Positions 39,200 to 55,393 of a DNA stretch of 64,000 nt are shown in pieces. The DNA is from the human T2T-CHM13v2.0 reference genome, Homo sapiens. The first letter of the stretch is position 1; each line of letters begins with the position of its first letter. Location of the stretch: NCBI RefSeq assembly GCF_009914755.1, contig NC_060928.1; one strand, given 5' to 3'. The notes under the pieces were generated by a model. The model was not told where the DNA came from. It searched no databases and saw only the letters and a list, made by a program, of their open reading frames with translations. Position numbers and translations under genes: made by a program.

Positions 39200-40165
39200 A
39201 TTAACATGGGGCCTGCGGACAAAAATGCTACAGAGACTAGAAAAAAATGTAGGCGAATACTTTTCAGACCTCAATATGGAAAAAAAACTTTCACACTTTC
39301 TACCATTTAAAGAAATAGAAGTTTGATATGTTTAATCAAGTAAAAATTAAATACTTTCTCCATCAAAAAGTGTTCTAAAGCTATTACAATTATGTAAAAA
39401 TGTTTGCCTTCACCCACAGGCCTAGCAAATAATAGTTGTGTTAGAGCAATTTGGTTATAGAGTTGTGCTCTCTACTTTCCCAAACATTCGTTAAGATTAT
39501 TTTTAAGTAATGTTTTAAAATATACAGAAAGAATCGTAAGTAAAAAAGCCTAATGATAATAGAAAAAATATTGCAAGATATGTAATCAAAGATTGTATTT
39601 AACATATAAAAGGTATACAAAAGTCACCCAAAAAAGCCACCAAAAATGACTAATATTGAAGAAATGTATATGGGAAATTAAACATAAGAAAATTGTTTAT
39701 CCTCATTTATAATTAAAGAAGTGCAACATTATACTTAAAGAATACTGAGATTATATTTTCATGTATCAAATCAGCGATGATAACATCCATTGCATATAAA
39801 GATCTTCAGTGAAACACTTCATAAAAGCTGATAGTAGGAGTATAAACTTTTTAGAAAGCAATTTAGCATATGTATCAAGTATTTTTAAAATCTCTTACTT
39901 TGAATCAGTAATTTTACATCTAAGAATTCAGAGTAAAAAAAGTAGTATTATTTAGGATAGTGAAAACTTAAGTATGTATCTAAGTAAATGTCCCTATGTC
40001 TAGGGGATAGTTTCATTGACTATGGCATGCCAAAGACAAGACTATGCAGCCAGTTAAAACTATAATTTTTGTTTAAGTATTCCAGGGTCAAATTACATAG
40101 TGTCTAGAATTTGCTTTAAAATGCTCCAGAAAAAAGGAGGGGGTACAGGGAATTAAAATTGTAAA
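39200..40165 (+). mobile_element. Old L1M fragments (ORF2 3' part and 3' UTR)
   Basis: Translation LEKNVGEYFSDL and aaaattaaatactttctccatcaaaa resemble the L1 ORF2 C-terminus. Confidence 0.65.
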
Positions 40166-40168
40166 ATG

Positions 40169-40410
40169 AGGCGAGGCATAGTGACTCACACCTGTAATCC
40201 CAGCACCCTGGGAGGCTTAGGCAGGAGGTATTGCTTGAGCTCAGGGGTTTGAGACCAGCCTGGCCAACATGGTAAAACCCCGACTCCACAAAAAATACAA
40301 AAAATTAGCCGGTGTGGTGGTGTGTGCCTATGGTCTCAGCTACTCAGGAGGCTGAGGTGGGAGGATGGCTTGAGCCTGGGGAGGCAGAGGTTTCAGTGAG
40401 CCAAATACAC
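40169..40410 (+). mobile_element. Alu (J-type), 3' truncated
   Basis: Alu body ending at gtgagccaaa. Confidence 0.88.
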
Positions 40411-41480
40411 ACACAGACACACTGCTTTAGTCTCATACTTTCTTGCTTCCAGTAAGTTAAACTCAGCTGAGAGGTTTCCCCCACCCCACTACTTTGTCTA
40501 GCAGGAAGTGCTGTGGACATGAGGTGGGGAAAGAACACTTTATGGTCAACAGAATTCTGTGATTAGCAGAAAACTGGGTCAGAAAAGAAAAGGCCACCTG
40601 TTCTTTTCCTGCACCAGCTCACTTCATTCTCTTAAGTAAATCACTTTATTTTCCAGAGCCACATTCCTCTCATCTATAAAGTGAAATGCTTGGATTGGAC
40701 AATCTCTAAGACCCCTAATAATCTTGAAATTCGATGGCTCAGCCATTATCCATCTCATTCTATACACACAGCTCCCTGGATGAGACACACGGAAATAGAC
40801 AGTAGTTGGGACAATATTTAGTTTTCAAAATGTTTTTGGTATAAATGATTTTAGCTTGAAACTAGTTTTAAGTTCTTCCTGCTCTGATGCTTCTCCACCA
40901 TGTAAACATATAAGCCTGGGGTGAATGTAAAGGGAGGTGGATGAACTCATAATCGTGTAAACTGTGAACAGGATTAAACGTGAGACTGAAATGCCCCACA
41001 TTTGTAATATGTTTGAACCAAGCTGCTGGTAAGCCACAATTTCTGCACTTCATTTTTCTTGACATCAGATCATAATTGCTGCTCAGAGTTCTAAGAGAGA
41101 TCTTAGGACAAGTTCTTCCAGGCTCGGGTGTTGTTGCTCTTTGTTCTATCACAACAACATCCTGGCAATATATTTATTTCTCTCTCTAGAGGAATGTTTA
41201 GGGAACAGACACAGTGAGTCCTCTTTGAGGACTGGAAACCACTTGCTACTTCAGTTGTTCTTTTTGCTAGAAATGAGTTAACAGGCTCTGGTGCAGCTGT
41301 AAGAAATATACAAGACAAAAGCTGACACCCCAAGCATCTATTCAGTCTTGCAATGAGAAACAAGGATGACGTTATTTCTAAATACAACTATGCAATGGCT
41401 TAAGTTCTTAAGAAAGGGATGGACCAAGGACACAAATACTATCACAATATATTGAGTGTTCCCTTCAAGAAAGCAGCAGG

Positions 41481-41775
41481 TGGCTAGGCACGGTGGCTCA
41501 TGCCTATAATCCCAGCACTTGGGGGTGCTGAGGCAGGCAGATCACCTGAGGTCAGGAGTTCAAGACAAGCTTGGTCAACATGGTGAAACCCCATCTCTAC
41601 TAAAAATACAAAAATTAGCCGGGCGTGTTGGCACGCACTGTAGCCCCGGCTACTCGGGAGGCTGAGGCAGGAGAATCACTTGAATCTGGGAGGCAGAGGT
41701 TGTAGTGAGCCGAGATAGACTCCATCTCAAATAAATAAATAAATAAATATATGAATAAATAAAATAAAAAAAAGA
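41481..41775 (+). mobile_element. Alu (S-type) with right-arm deletion and (TAAA)n tail
   Basis: gagccgagatagactccatctc junction. Confidence 0.92.
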
Positions 41776-42634
41776 AAGTACCTGGTGACACAAAACCGTC
41801 AGCTGCAAAATGTTTGCTTTCCATAAAGACCCTGCAAAAGGCCATTCCCTCTTGAATGGAGCAGCTCATCCACAGCACTGCATTTTGATAGTCCCCGTAG
41901 GAAATTCTCCTCATGCCAGTTGGAAAATAACATTCCCTATGTGACCATTTGGAGAGGAAGTTCCAACCACAGGAGACAGACTAAACAGAATTCCTGAGAG
42001 CATTCAAATCATTCTGCTAGAAACAAAGATATCAGACCATACTTTGCTAGTGCTCAGCTCCTGTGGGGCAGCAGGGCGATGGGTTTCTGCTAAAGGCTGC
42101 CTCACCTGAGGGTGAATTCAGGTTCACCCTTCCCTCAAGGAACACTGCAGGCTGCCCAGGAAGTTGCTGCCAGCATCATCTGTTCCAAATATTTCCTCCT
42201 CTGGGAGCCTGCTAGGCTGATGCTCTGTCCTCATTTGGGTCCAAAGATCCCGTCAGGGGAGCCCATATATTGTTTTCCTGGGGTTACACAACAGCACAGA
42301 CATTACCTCCAAAAGGACCCTGTTATTAAGCACATATGCTCCCTAGGTGCAGAGAAAGGGCCACATATCAACACATGGCATAATTGTGTTTATTTGGTTA
42401 GTTAATTGCCTTCTGGACAGCACAGTGGGCCTGGCCTGAGACTAACTGAGCTTTACCTTTTAAGACTGCAGTAAATCCTCCAGACAGCCATGGAAGCAGG
42501 GGCTGAGGCACACGGAGACTTGCAAATGAAGAGAGGTCCAATAGAACATACAAAGGAACCAGATTTGCCCGAGGAGCTTGGTAAAAATAGAATCCTGGGC
42601 CCCATTCTCCCTTTAGCAATTAGAATCCCTAAGA

Positions 42635-43133
<499 letters not shown>

Positions 43134-43601
43134 GATGACTACTTGATGTGAGAGGGGTGCCAAGCATCTGTGTTGTTGACAAACTCTCCAGGCTATTCCA
43201 GTGCACGCTAAGGTTTGAGAACTTCTGCCCATGCACTGGCAGCCAACTGACACATCAAGGTGCCAGGGCAGTGAGGGTGGGCAGAGGTAGATGAGAGTGG
43301 ACACACCAAAAGCATGAGCACTGACAGTCACAGCCTACTTTACGAGTGTATCCAAGTAAGACTTGTGGAAGACTTTCATAATAGGACCTATCAGAAAGGG
43401 ATGGTTCTCAGGAGAAGCCTAGGGCCCAGTTACCCCATGGAGAAGGGGGCAGGGCAGGCTGAACAAGTGCACCTCAGAAATATCAACCTCATTGTTAATT
43501 ATTCCACCATTGCCTTCACGGCTTTGTTGGTTTGGCTCTTAAAGGGTCTCTGTGAATCCTCTTCTCAAGGGCATATGTTTCTGGGTAGGGGCCCATCTTC
43601 A

Positions 43602-43940
<339 letters not shown>

Positions 43941-46900
43941 ATAATAATTCTAGGCCCTGTATTTTGGTCACTTGGCGTAAAACAACCTATTTGTCTTTGG
44001 GGGAGGATGTAAATATTTTCACAAGAAATATCTCAACTGTCTTCTGTACTCAAGAGAGTACCAAATCAAGAGTCAATGATTTGTGCTCTTTCTCATTTCT
44101 ATTCAGCCATATACATTGTCCAGGCTGCTATGTCTGGGGACCTTGGCATCCTTGCCCATAGTAATGGTTGACCTGTCTTAACAGCCTTGTTGTAAAAATC
44201 GTTGAGTGAGGACCTGTAAAACAATTACAACAGAAAGAAATGATTGCTCATGGGTACAAAGAAACCAGTAGTGTTAACCTGTTGAGATGAAAATGTTTTT
44301 CTATTAAGTCATGAAGCTGATGGGAGATGTTTGTCATTTTGCAGGGAATAATTATGAATCCTCCTTGCTATAAGGAAAGAGAGGAGAAATAGCACCAATG
44401 TTTTCTCTCTGCATCATAAAGGTTTAGACTTTTTTAAGGAACACAAAGGATGTAATCAAAGTCGTATGAGACTCACCAATATTGCTGTTTCCATTACAAA
44501 CTAAGTCTGTTTAATTAGGTTATGTAGACCCCATAAACCATGGAGACCAGGCTTTGTTGTTTTGGATGCTTAAGCCATGACTCTTTTAGTCCTTTTTGCA
44601 AATTTTACCGTAGTCATTATCTTTCTCCTTGAAATGTTATTATTTCCATGACACAAAACATACATTTTGATGTTGTCACAAATGAAATCTCTCCCGTCCA
44701 TCAAGAATAGCAAACTTTATTTCACTCTGCTTACCTGCAAGGGTACATGACAAATCAATCTAACAAAACAAATTGGCTCATTATGTTGTAATGAAGTTGA
44801 ACATAAATTATTTTTTATGGCTAGATTTTATCATTCTGTTAGTGAATACTTTAAAACTCTGCATTAATGTTCTCAGAGGTAAATGTTACTATCAATTATA
44901 AAAATCATTGCAATTCATTGATACAGATGTGAATAAGATGTGGAAGGATGAGAGCCAGGGAAATGAGTTGAGTTTCTTGGCTCTATAGCCAGCGCCTTAC
45001 ATATGCCATGTACTTCCTAGTCTATTCCCTGCCTTTATGCCATCTCTCTTTCACTTCCTCATTCATAGTAATTCAATAGATGAATTACTTCTCATTCATC
45101 TGTTGGCACAGTTCATGAGCATGTCGGGCTGGGACTAACTGTATGTCTACATTTGATATGACCCCTGATAACTGTTGACAAAAGCACCATCACACCCATT
45201 TTACCGATGGGGAAGCTCAAATACCAAAGGATTGGACTTAGTCAAGGTCAGTACTTCCGAGAGGTATTCAGGGACCACACTGATAGAAGCCTTGTGGGTT
45301 AATTACTTGACCCTGCCCCCAAGTCCTCCTACCTGTTTTTAATAAGCATTTTACAGTACCCTGTAGCTGCTTTGCCATTGTTTTGTTCATTATTCCATGT
45401 AACAAGGTTGCCTGGTTTTCCTTACATAAGCAGGAAGAACTGGGTAGACACTAAAACCATTTCTACATAAACACAATGCTCTCCATCTGTGAATACACTT
45501 CCCATATTCTCAGGTCAGTCTCTTAGTGGAAATCCCATGGGAAATACCTAACAATTTCTTCCAGTGCCCAAAGCCACCTACCTCGCAGTGCGAATGAACA
45601 GATTCTCACTCCACATCTTCTTCAAGAGGGGACTTTTACACAAACGCCACACACAGTCAAAGTCGTTCCCTAAGGAACTCTTACAAAAATGGTCCCAGTA
45701 AAATATCTAGAAATGTATCTAGGAATGGTGCCTAGATCACCAGCAACTCCTGACCTAAAAAAGTTTCCTCTTCCTCCCCAACCTTTGTCCTAGAACACAC
45801 TGTGTTCTACAAAAGCACATTACAAAAAAATGATTTTGGCAGTCCTGATTTACCAGCTCTGGACCAGATCTCAGGGCCTCTGTGTCCCTGGTTTGGTGCT
45901 TCCATTTCCATATTGCTTCTTCATAAAAAGTTTTGCAAATACTGATGTGACACAGCTTCCTCAAATGAATGCTTTAAATGCCTCTAAAGAGACTTTGATT
46001 ACACTAAGAAGCAGAAAATGTTCTTGACAAACCACTCCTTTGTTTTTCTATAATTAGTTGGGTTCTCTTCCTCTTCTCAATTCTACACCTAATGATGCAT
46101 CTTGTGTTGTTATTTAAATAACACAAAAGACATGGTAGATTGCATTTATTACACTATGATACAAATATTTTAGTATAGATGTAGAATTTCTGCTCCAACC
46201 CCAGGATCTTTATTTTCTGTTTTTAGCAAAATCCAAATATCTCTGACTTGGTGTTAACAGTGATGATTTCTAATTACTTAGGAAAATCTACCTTTTTGTT
46301 TACTGCTTTTTTATAACGTGAGCCACTAGGCATGCCATTAGGTGAGAAGACTCACCTCTAGGTTTGTTTACTTTGCATTTTAGAGTGGTAGTGGGGACGG
46401 TATGAGTACTGATTTTCCTGTCAAAGTTAATTTGCCGTAAGACATATAATAAAAGTGCATGTATTAATAAATAAAAAAGGCAGCTAACTTGCACGAACAT
46501 CTGACGCTTCTCATGGAGTCAAACACCAAACAAATTATAAAGGAAGTAAAAGCATTCCTGTAAATGCTTTCAAATGGTAAACAACACCCTTGAAGTCCTA
46601 TGTGTGCAATAGCCTTGGGTCCACCCTTTCTTAATTGACAATGTTTTGTCTGAGGGTCAAGTTCTAGTCTTCCCTCTGTCTAATCTAGTTCATGGATGGA
46701 GAAGGAAGGAAGGCTGTGGGTTTCTTCTACCAACAGGTGGCCAGATGCAAGTTCCTTGGAAAACATTGATTAGCTTTATTCCTTTTATAGCAATACACAG
46801 TGAGTAGTTTCAAAGGATCAGAAAATGGACATTTTTTATGTTCCTTTAGTATTTTCTCACTCTTTCCATCTCTCCATTTACATTAGTGTGACTTTGCATC

Positions 46901-48666
46901 AAACACAGGGCTCTCCTGCCAGGCTTGTGAGACTCAGCACTGCCAGGAGCCCCACACAGGTGGATGGCCCCGGGCACCTTCTTTGTACCATTTCCCCATC
47001 TGTCATTAGGCTGTGCCCCGAGTTCCACAGGAGCCTACCCAAACCACACCCTGTAATACAGTCAAGGAAGAGAATGTCTTTGTCACTGACAACAAAAGAA
47101 CAGCTTTCAGTGAGCAGCACTCCTTCCTCATGAAACACACTCTGGTCCAGCCAGTTTGCTTCCTTTCAGGAAACGGTGTGGGGAGGTCAGTGACCTGAGT
47201 GAGTTGCATCTGTACCTCTCTGAGGACAGAATATCCTAAGGCTGGGGGAGAGAGCCTTGGCTACTGTCAATAATTGCTTCTCTAATTATTCTGTCTCATT
47301 CTGAATACCAAAGATTAGGGAACATAAAGTATGTGATGAAATTTACATAGCAATTGGTTTCAACCAACCATTGGCTAGATATGTTTCATTAAAACAAAAC
47401 AGAACAAAACAAAACAAAACAATCACAAACTCACTCCCAAGCACAGAATCCAGAGGAAAGGAAACACACATGGCTTGAAGGATGGGCATGCGGATTGCTC
47501 CTGTGGTTGGGACACCATGGCATCCAGGTTTTATCTGCACCCCTTTCCACTGGACTGCCTACAGAACAGTTGGGCAAGACCCTCTTCTTTCAGGCTAAGA
47601 GCCAGAATCAGCAGCCATAGAAAAATACCTTCTGGCAGCAGAGTCTTCTGCTACCTAGAACAGCTTTCCCTGTGAAGTTCTGCTGTATTTGGGGCTCCCA
47701 CTAACTCCAAGGAAAATTAGTGGAGGAGGCAGGCATGAGGGGTGGCATGAGACTAGGACCCCTGCTTTTTTGAATGCATGAGGGTTCATCGTTGAAAAAC
47801 CACTCCATTACTCTTCAGGTACAATTAATCTGAATAAGCCCTACAATAGGAAAAGTCAGAGTCAATCCACTTGCTCTGTTAGATTGCTTAAACCTAGTAT
47901 CATGGCATGCATTTGGTTAAAAGCTCTTCCCCATGTAGCCTGAGTCTCACTTGATTCATCTATTATTCAAAAGCTGTGATTGAAAGAGCCTTCAAACTCA
48001 CAGGTGTTCAGGTCACTGGGGATGCTGCACAAAGATTCGAAATGCAGCAGCCATTAGTGTCCAGTCTCATTATTTTCAAGCCAGGAAAGGCTAAACATTA
48101 ACATGCTGGAACAAGAGCCCTTTTGGGGAGAAAAAAAATAAAAGGTAACTGAAGACCCTCAATAGCGACAACATGTTCTGTAACTTCTGGAAGTAATCAC
48201 AGGGAACAAGCCAAATGACCGATTAACAGTCATGCACAGACAGTCTTCCATGGCCAAGTCCAGGAGATCTGACGGGTTGAAGGGGATCCAGAAGGAAGAC
48301 TAAATCAACTTGGTCCCCCTGAAAGTGAAGTCAGTTCCAAGGGCTGAATGTGTTTTAAAGGTTTTTGTTTTTTCCTTTAGGTTAAATTTCCTGGATAAAA
48401 TCAGATCAGCCGTGTAATCACCCTGCTACAATAAAAGGAGCTCAGTGTGCTTTATGGCAACCACACCAGTCAAGGGCTCTCTCTGGCACCAAGGGAGCCA
48501 TAAGGGCCCCCTGCCAAGTGGAGCTGAGGGATGCTCGAGGCCAGGGTCTGGACCTTCTCACTATAAAAAGAATAGTGAAGTATACAGATATTTACCTACT
48601 GAGTTATGTTTGGGCTGATAAAAATGCTCAGATGTCCTTTAGTTTCTCTTTATTGTATTAGTTTAA

Positions 48667-48843
<177 letters not shown>

Positions 48844-49394
48844 TGACTGTTTGTGTAAGAATTGTAGGACTTTGAAAAGATTTGAGCTTTGAAATTTCTC
48901 TAGTATAATGTGAGCACATGATTCATATGAATATTCAGTTGCAGAAAATGTTTTTGTTCTAACTTGTTTAATGCCTGCTCTGATCTTAAAATGATCTCCT
49001 TAACATGTATGTATACACAAGTCTCTAAATACCAGGACTGCTGTTACCCAAAACCCACACTATCAAAGATATTGCTCGCTTCATATTTTCAAAGTCAGCT
49101 TTTGGAGGACAGGGACAATGGTTTCTTGTAATCTGCTGAGGGAGTCAACCCCAGTGAGGCTGTTCCTTCTCTGTAACCAGCTGCAATTAGGATTTCTACT
49201 GTCCTTGCATGGGGCATCCATGGCAAAGGTTGACTTGGCCATGTGGTTAGAACTGGAAATTCAGTATTTTCAGTATTTTCAGTTGCTCCAGTTGTTTTTG
49301 CTCGGGCTACTAATCAATACCAAATCTAGTGCTATCTGAATAAAATAAGATGGCATAGCAACTACCCCATTCTTGCTAACAACTCCAAATGACA

Positions 49395-50474
<1,080 letters not shown>

Positions 50475-51149
50475 TGGCAGGAATGCGTTCTGTGATTTCA
50501 GGATTCTCTAGTGAGTGGGTGGAGGTAACAACCAAGTTAGGATACCATTAGCAACTGAATCAACTTCAGCAAATGGCTCTCTAAAACTACACTGACTTGG
50601 CAAGATCATGTCAAAAAAAAGAGGTTGGGCTGAAAAAAATTATTTCTCTAAGGAAAAGTGTGAACAATTAGTGCCAAACTATTCACATAGTGGAAAGTTC
50701 CATGCTTTTGGAAGATGACACACTTGGTAGTTTCTAAGACTGATCTAATCAGCACATTTCATATATATTTTTTTTCTAAAAGAGACTTAGAGTTCATGAT
50801 TCTTTTAGTGTAGATTCTAACCATTTATATCAAATGGAAAAAGCAGGGATCTATTCAGTTTTGTGTCAAATTCTTAGGATCACTGAATAGTTCTGACTTG
50901 AGACAAGAACAATATAAGGCCAAGAAAACGGACTGTTTCAATTAAGCTCAGCAGAAAAAAATACACATGAGCCAAAACAGAACGACTTAATACTTAGCAA
51001 TCACTTAAAAATTTGTAAGCTCAGTCTGAGTCATAAAAAAAAGTAGGCCAAGAAGCTTGAAGGAACACAGATTTACAAGTAAAAGAGGCAAACACTAAAA
51101 TAAAAATGTTTAAACCCTGCAGTGCTAAACTACTTTCAGATAGCTTTGT

Positions 51150-52100
51150 AATAAGTGAAATTTGGAGAATTATATAAACCCCTCACAGATAAGCTTGGAC
51201 AAAAAATAGGTGAAGGAATATTTGGCAAACATGAGCATGCATAAATCAGCTGCTCCAGATGACACATGGCCCTGGGGAATAGAATTTGACTAATATGCTT
51301 ACTGAACAATGGTGCAGTAAAAATGAATAATTATTTCTGAAAAATTACCTTGCACTCAGGGGGATGTCAGAAGACTGGAACAAGGCCAACAACATGTGAT
51401 AGTGATGCAGAGAGAAAACAGAAGGAAAGGGTAGTGAAAAATTAGTGTATGAGATATGCAATTGTCAGCTTGAAAAATTGGGAATAACTATTAGGAAAGT
51501 AAAATTGAGTTTCCAGAAAACCAGGGATAAATAAACAAAGGACAGTTTGCATTTAAATGATCACAGACAAATTCATGAGATTATCTTAAAGATTGTAATA
51601 CTGTTGTTGTAATTAAGAATACAAAGGGATGGGGTAGGGGGTGGATTGAGCTGAATGCGCAGTGTCTTGGGATTTTATATTCACTGTTAGTCCAAAGAAA
51701 GCTGAAAATGATCAGAAATCACAAACTAAGGGGGCATTAAGCCCAGCCATGGGAAGGTGTTTCAAAGAGTGTCCTAACAATCGCCATCACATTGATCTGA
51801 ATCAATACTCTGACTGATGACCTAGGAGCAAGTGTCACAAAATTTATGGATGACACTGAGGTGGGGAATGCCATAGAGGACAGAGGCAAGAGGAGGGAAA
51901 AAATAGGTTAGACATGGGTACATCTGCAATTAGAGAAAATCCATGACAAAGACATGAACAGACTGGAGTAATTTAGAAGGCAACACAATTTCGGAATGAG
52001 AAAATTCAACATTAATTTACACTGAGTAAGAATAGGGGTCAAGGTGGAGAAGGCCATTGGCATTTGCAATTGCATTTAAATCTGTATTCGGAACACGTGA
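51150..52100 (+). mobile_element. CR1/L3 LINE ORF2 (reverse transcriptase) relic
   Basis: Translations HKSAAPD, IISEK..SEDWNKAN and INTLTDDLGASVTKFMDDTEVG resemble CR1 HKSxGPD, IIFEKS..PEDWRKAN and FNIFINDL..KFADDTKLG. Confidence 0.72.
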
Positions 52101-52317
52101 CCCAGAGTGATGTTTAACCCGGTAAGAACCCCTCTCTCCCATCAGGAATAAATCAGGGGGAAAGCAAGTGGAAGTAGAGGGAACTGATGGTCATGAGCCC
52201 ACCCAGGTGCCAGCTCCTCTAACGTGGTTCTCACTTGCTACTCAGGAATCCTGTGCTGTAGGAATCATTAGCACTTCATAGGTGTGGATTTGGAGTCAGA
52301 TTGTCCTGTCTGCTACT

Positions 52318-52448
52318 TTTGTTTTTAAATAGAGATGAGGGTCTCACTATGTTGCTCAGGCTTGTCTCAAACTCCTGAGCTCAAACAATTCTCCTGCCTC
52401 AGCCTCCCGAAGTGTTATAATTACAGAAACGAGCCACCACGTCTGTCC
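52318..52448 (-). mobile_element. FLAM/Alu left monomer
   Basis: Single reverse arm. Confidence 0.85.
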
Positions 52449-53478
52449 TGTGTGCTACTGTTATCCGAAGGTCAGTTGCCCTCATGGCTGGCTCCCTTCC
52501 TCACTTCTTTCTGGGTTCTGCTGCTTTCTTGGCAAGGCCTGCTTATGTAGAACAGCATCTCCTTACCTGCTTTATTTATTTCATGCCACTTATTTCCATC
52601 TGATGTACTACATGTGTGCTTATTTACTGCCCTCTCACTGGAATATAAGTTTACTGCAGAATCCCCACAGCCTAGAACATGCCTGATATGTCATACGCAT
52701 TTGATAAGTATTTGTTATTAAATTATACTCTTCCCAGGAATGAATGTTTTCTTTATGCTACCTAAGTGTAAACTCTTAATTCATCTACCAGGAGGCTACC
52801 TAGCTTGGAAAAGAAGAAAAAAAATCACACTATACAAAGAAAACGCTGAACAGAGAACTTCCAAGAAGTAGGAAATATCTTGCTCAATTTTTTTTTTCAG
52901 AACATTAATTTACTTTCACTGGACAAGGAAAATCTGTTTCTGTAAACCACTATTTTTATTAATAGAAATTCCCTGCCTTTGCTAAATGGTAAACAAATGT
53001 TAAGAATTTGAAGGAGGATCACATCACTGGGCTCCTTTGAGATCCATATGCCTCAATTCAACCCTGTCAACCATGCCAAGAAAGAAGAGAGCAGCTTATG
53101 TCCAAAGAAACTGGGAAAGAAAAAACAAATCTCCATGATGCTTTCTTTAGATGACACTAAGCAACTGAATGGGGGATTAAAAAACAAAAACAAACAAAAA
53201 AACAAAACAATAAAAACACCACCACAGTAAACAAACAGAAAAAACCAAACACACATTGACCTCATCTCTGGGTCTTTTGTAACTGAAGAAACAACACCTG
53301 AGTTACATGGAACAAACACTTTATCTTAGTCTTCTTCACCTTCGCTGTCCTATTTTTGAACCCTAGACACCACACCTGCCTAGCTGTCATTGGGCTTTTA
53401 AATTCTCTGAAATAGACTATCTAGGTGTTTGAGAGCAGTACATGGAAATTAGTAAGCACCTGAGAGGTGCTGATTTCT

Positions 53479-53780
53479 CTCTCTCTCTCTCTTTTTTTTT
53501 TGAGACAGTCTCACTCTGTTGCCCAGGCTGGAGTGCAGTGGTGCCATCTCGGCTCACTGCAGCCTCTGCCTTCCAGGTCAGGCAATATTCGTGCCTCAGC
53601 CTCCTGAGTAGCTGGGACTACAGGCGCATGCCACCATGCCTGGCTAATTTTCTGCATTTTTAGTAAAGACAGGGTTTCACTGTGTTGGCCAGGCTAGTCT
53701 CAAACTACTGAAATCAGGTGATCCACCCCTTCGGCCTCCCAAAGTGCTGGGATTACAGATGTGAGCCACCATGTCCGGCC
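53479..53780 (-). mobile_element. Alu (S-type) with (CT)n-containing tail
   Basis: Perfect 18-bp TSD tgagaggtgctgatttct. Confidence 0.95.
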
Positions 53781-55037
53781 TGAGAGGTGCTGATTTCTTT
53801 TGTGATGTTAAAGGAATTAGTTTCCTGATGAGGTTGAGCTGCTATCTGAGTAGAACCCAAGGAGGCCAAAAGGTGGGTACTTCAGGGAAGACCCTGGAGT
53901 GGTAAGACACCAGCACTGCTGCCCAGTACCATGCGAGAATCTTTTCTAAAGAAAAAAGTGTGCAGGGGGCGAAGAAAGGAAGCTGGCTTGTACAGTAGCA
54001 GAGATGGACACGTAAGTAGCTGACACTGATCAATAATGCCCATGCGCCAGGCACTGTACTGGGGCTGCATGTGCATGATATAGTCTGTCAGTCCTCACAG
54101 TAGCTCCATGAGGTTGATGCAATGACATCATAACAGAGAAGTTAAGGCAATTGCCCAAAGACACACAGCCAGCAATTGGCAGGGCCAGGCTCTAACTCTG
54201 GAGTCCCGCTTGTGATCATAATGCACTCGACCAGCACGTCCCCAGTGACACCTCAGACCTATGTAGAGTTTGCATTGCACGAAGGTGGAGGGAGTGGTAC
54301 CCAGATGCTTTTTTCTATTAAAAACTGCACCAGCATCTAAGAGGGAAGGATTATTCCAGATGAGTTTGCAATAAGATCCCTTTGATCCTTTGTAATCTTT
54401 CATCAATTAGCTCATGCAGCCAAAAATATTTCTGACTAATCACTTTAAAGAATGACTTTGAGAACTCCTGTAGTCTGCTCTCTTATGCCTACTTCAGTGG
54501 GAAAATAATTATACAAACTAGGAACTGCCATCTTCAGCATAATTTTAACTGGCCAGAGAAACTACCCAATCATTACCCAGAAAAGTTGAATCTATAAAGC
54601 AATTACTTTTCTGTTTCAGAATCCATCTCAGCCCCCCAACCTGGCCCTACTGAGTTATAAAGGTGTGAAACAACCTAACACATCCAAGCAAATCCATCTC
54701 CATGACAACACAGTAGCGATGCAGTCCTGGAATCAGGATGCCTGCATTCCAGGCTGGCTGGATTACCTAGGGAAGTTTCCTCAGCCTCAATAAATCAGAG
54801 TTTTCTCATCAGTGAGATGGGGAGCCATTGCATTTGCTGCAAGGTTCCTAGGAGATCATTTATTTCTCATCACCATTAATTTCTCATCTCTGATGTTTAT
54901 AGTGCACTTAAAATGTTCCAGGCATCTAATGCTTCCTGTGTATTGCATTTAATTCTTACCCCCATGAGGTAGGTGCCATCATTAAAACCTGATTTAAGGA
55001 TGAGAGGCTTGAAGCTTAGCTGAAGTTACACAGCTAG

Positions 55038-55393
<356 letters not shown>

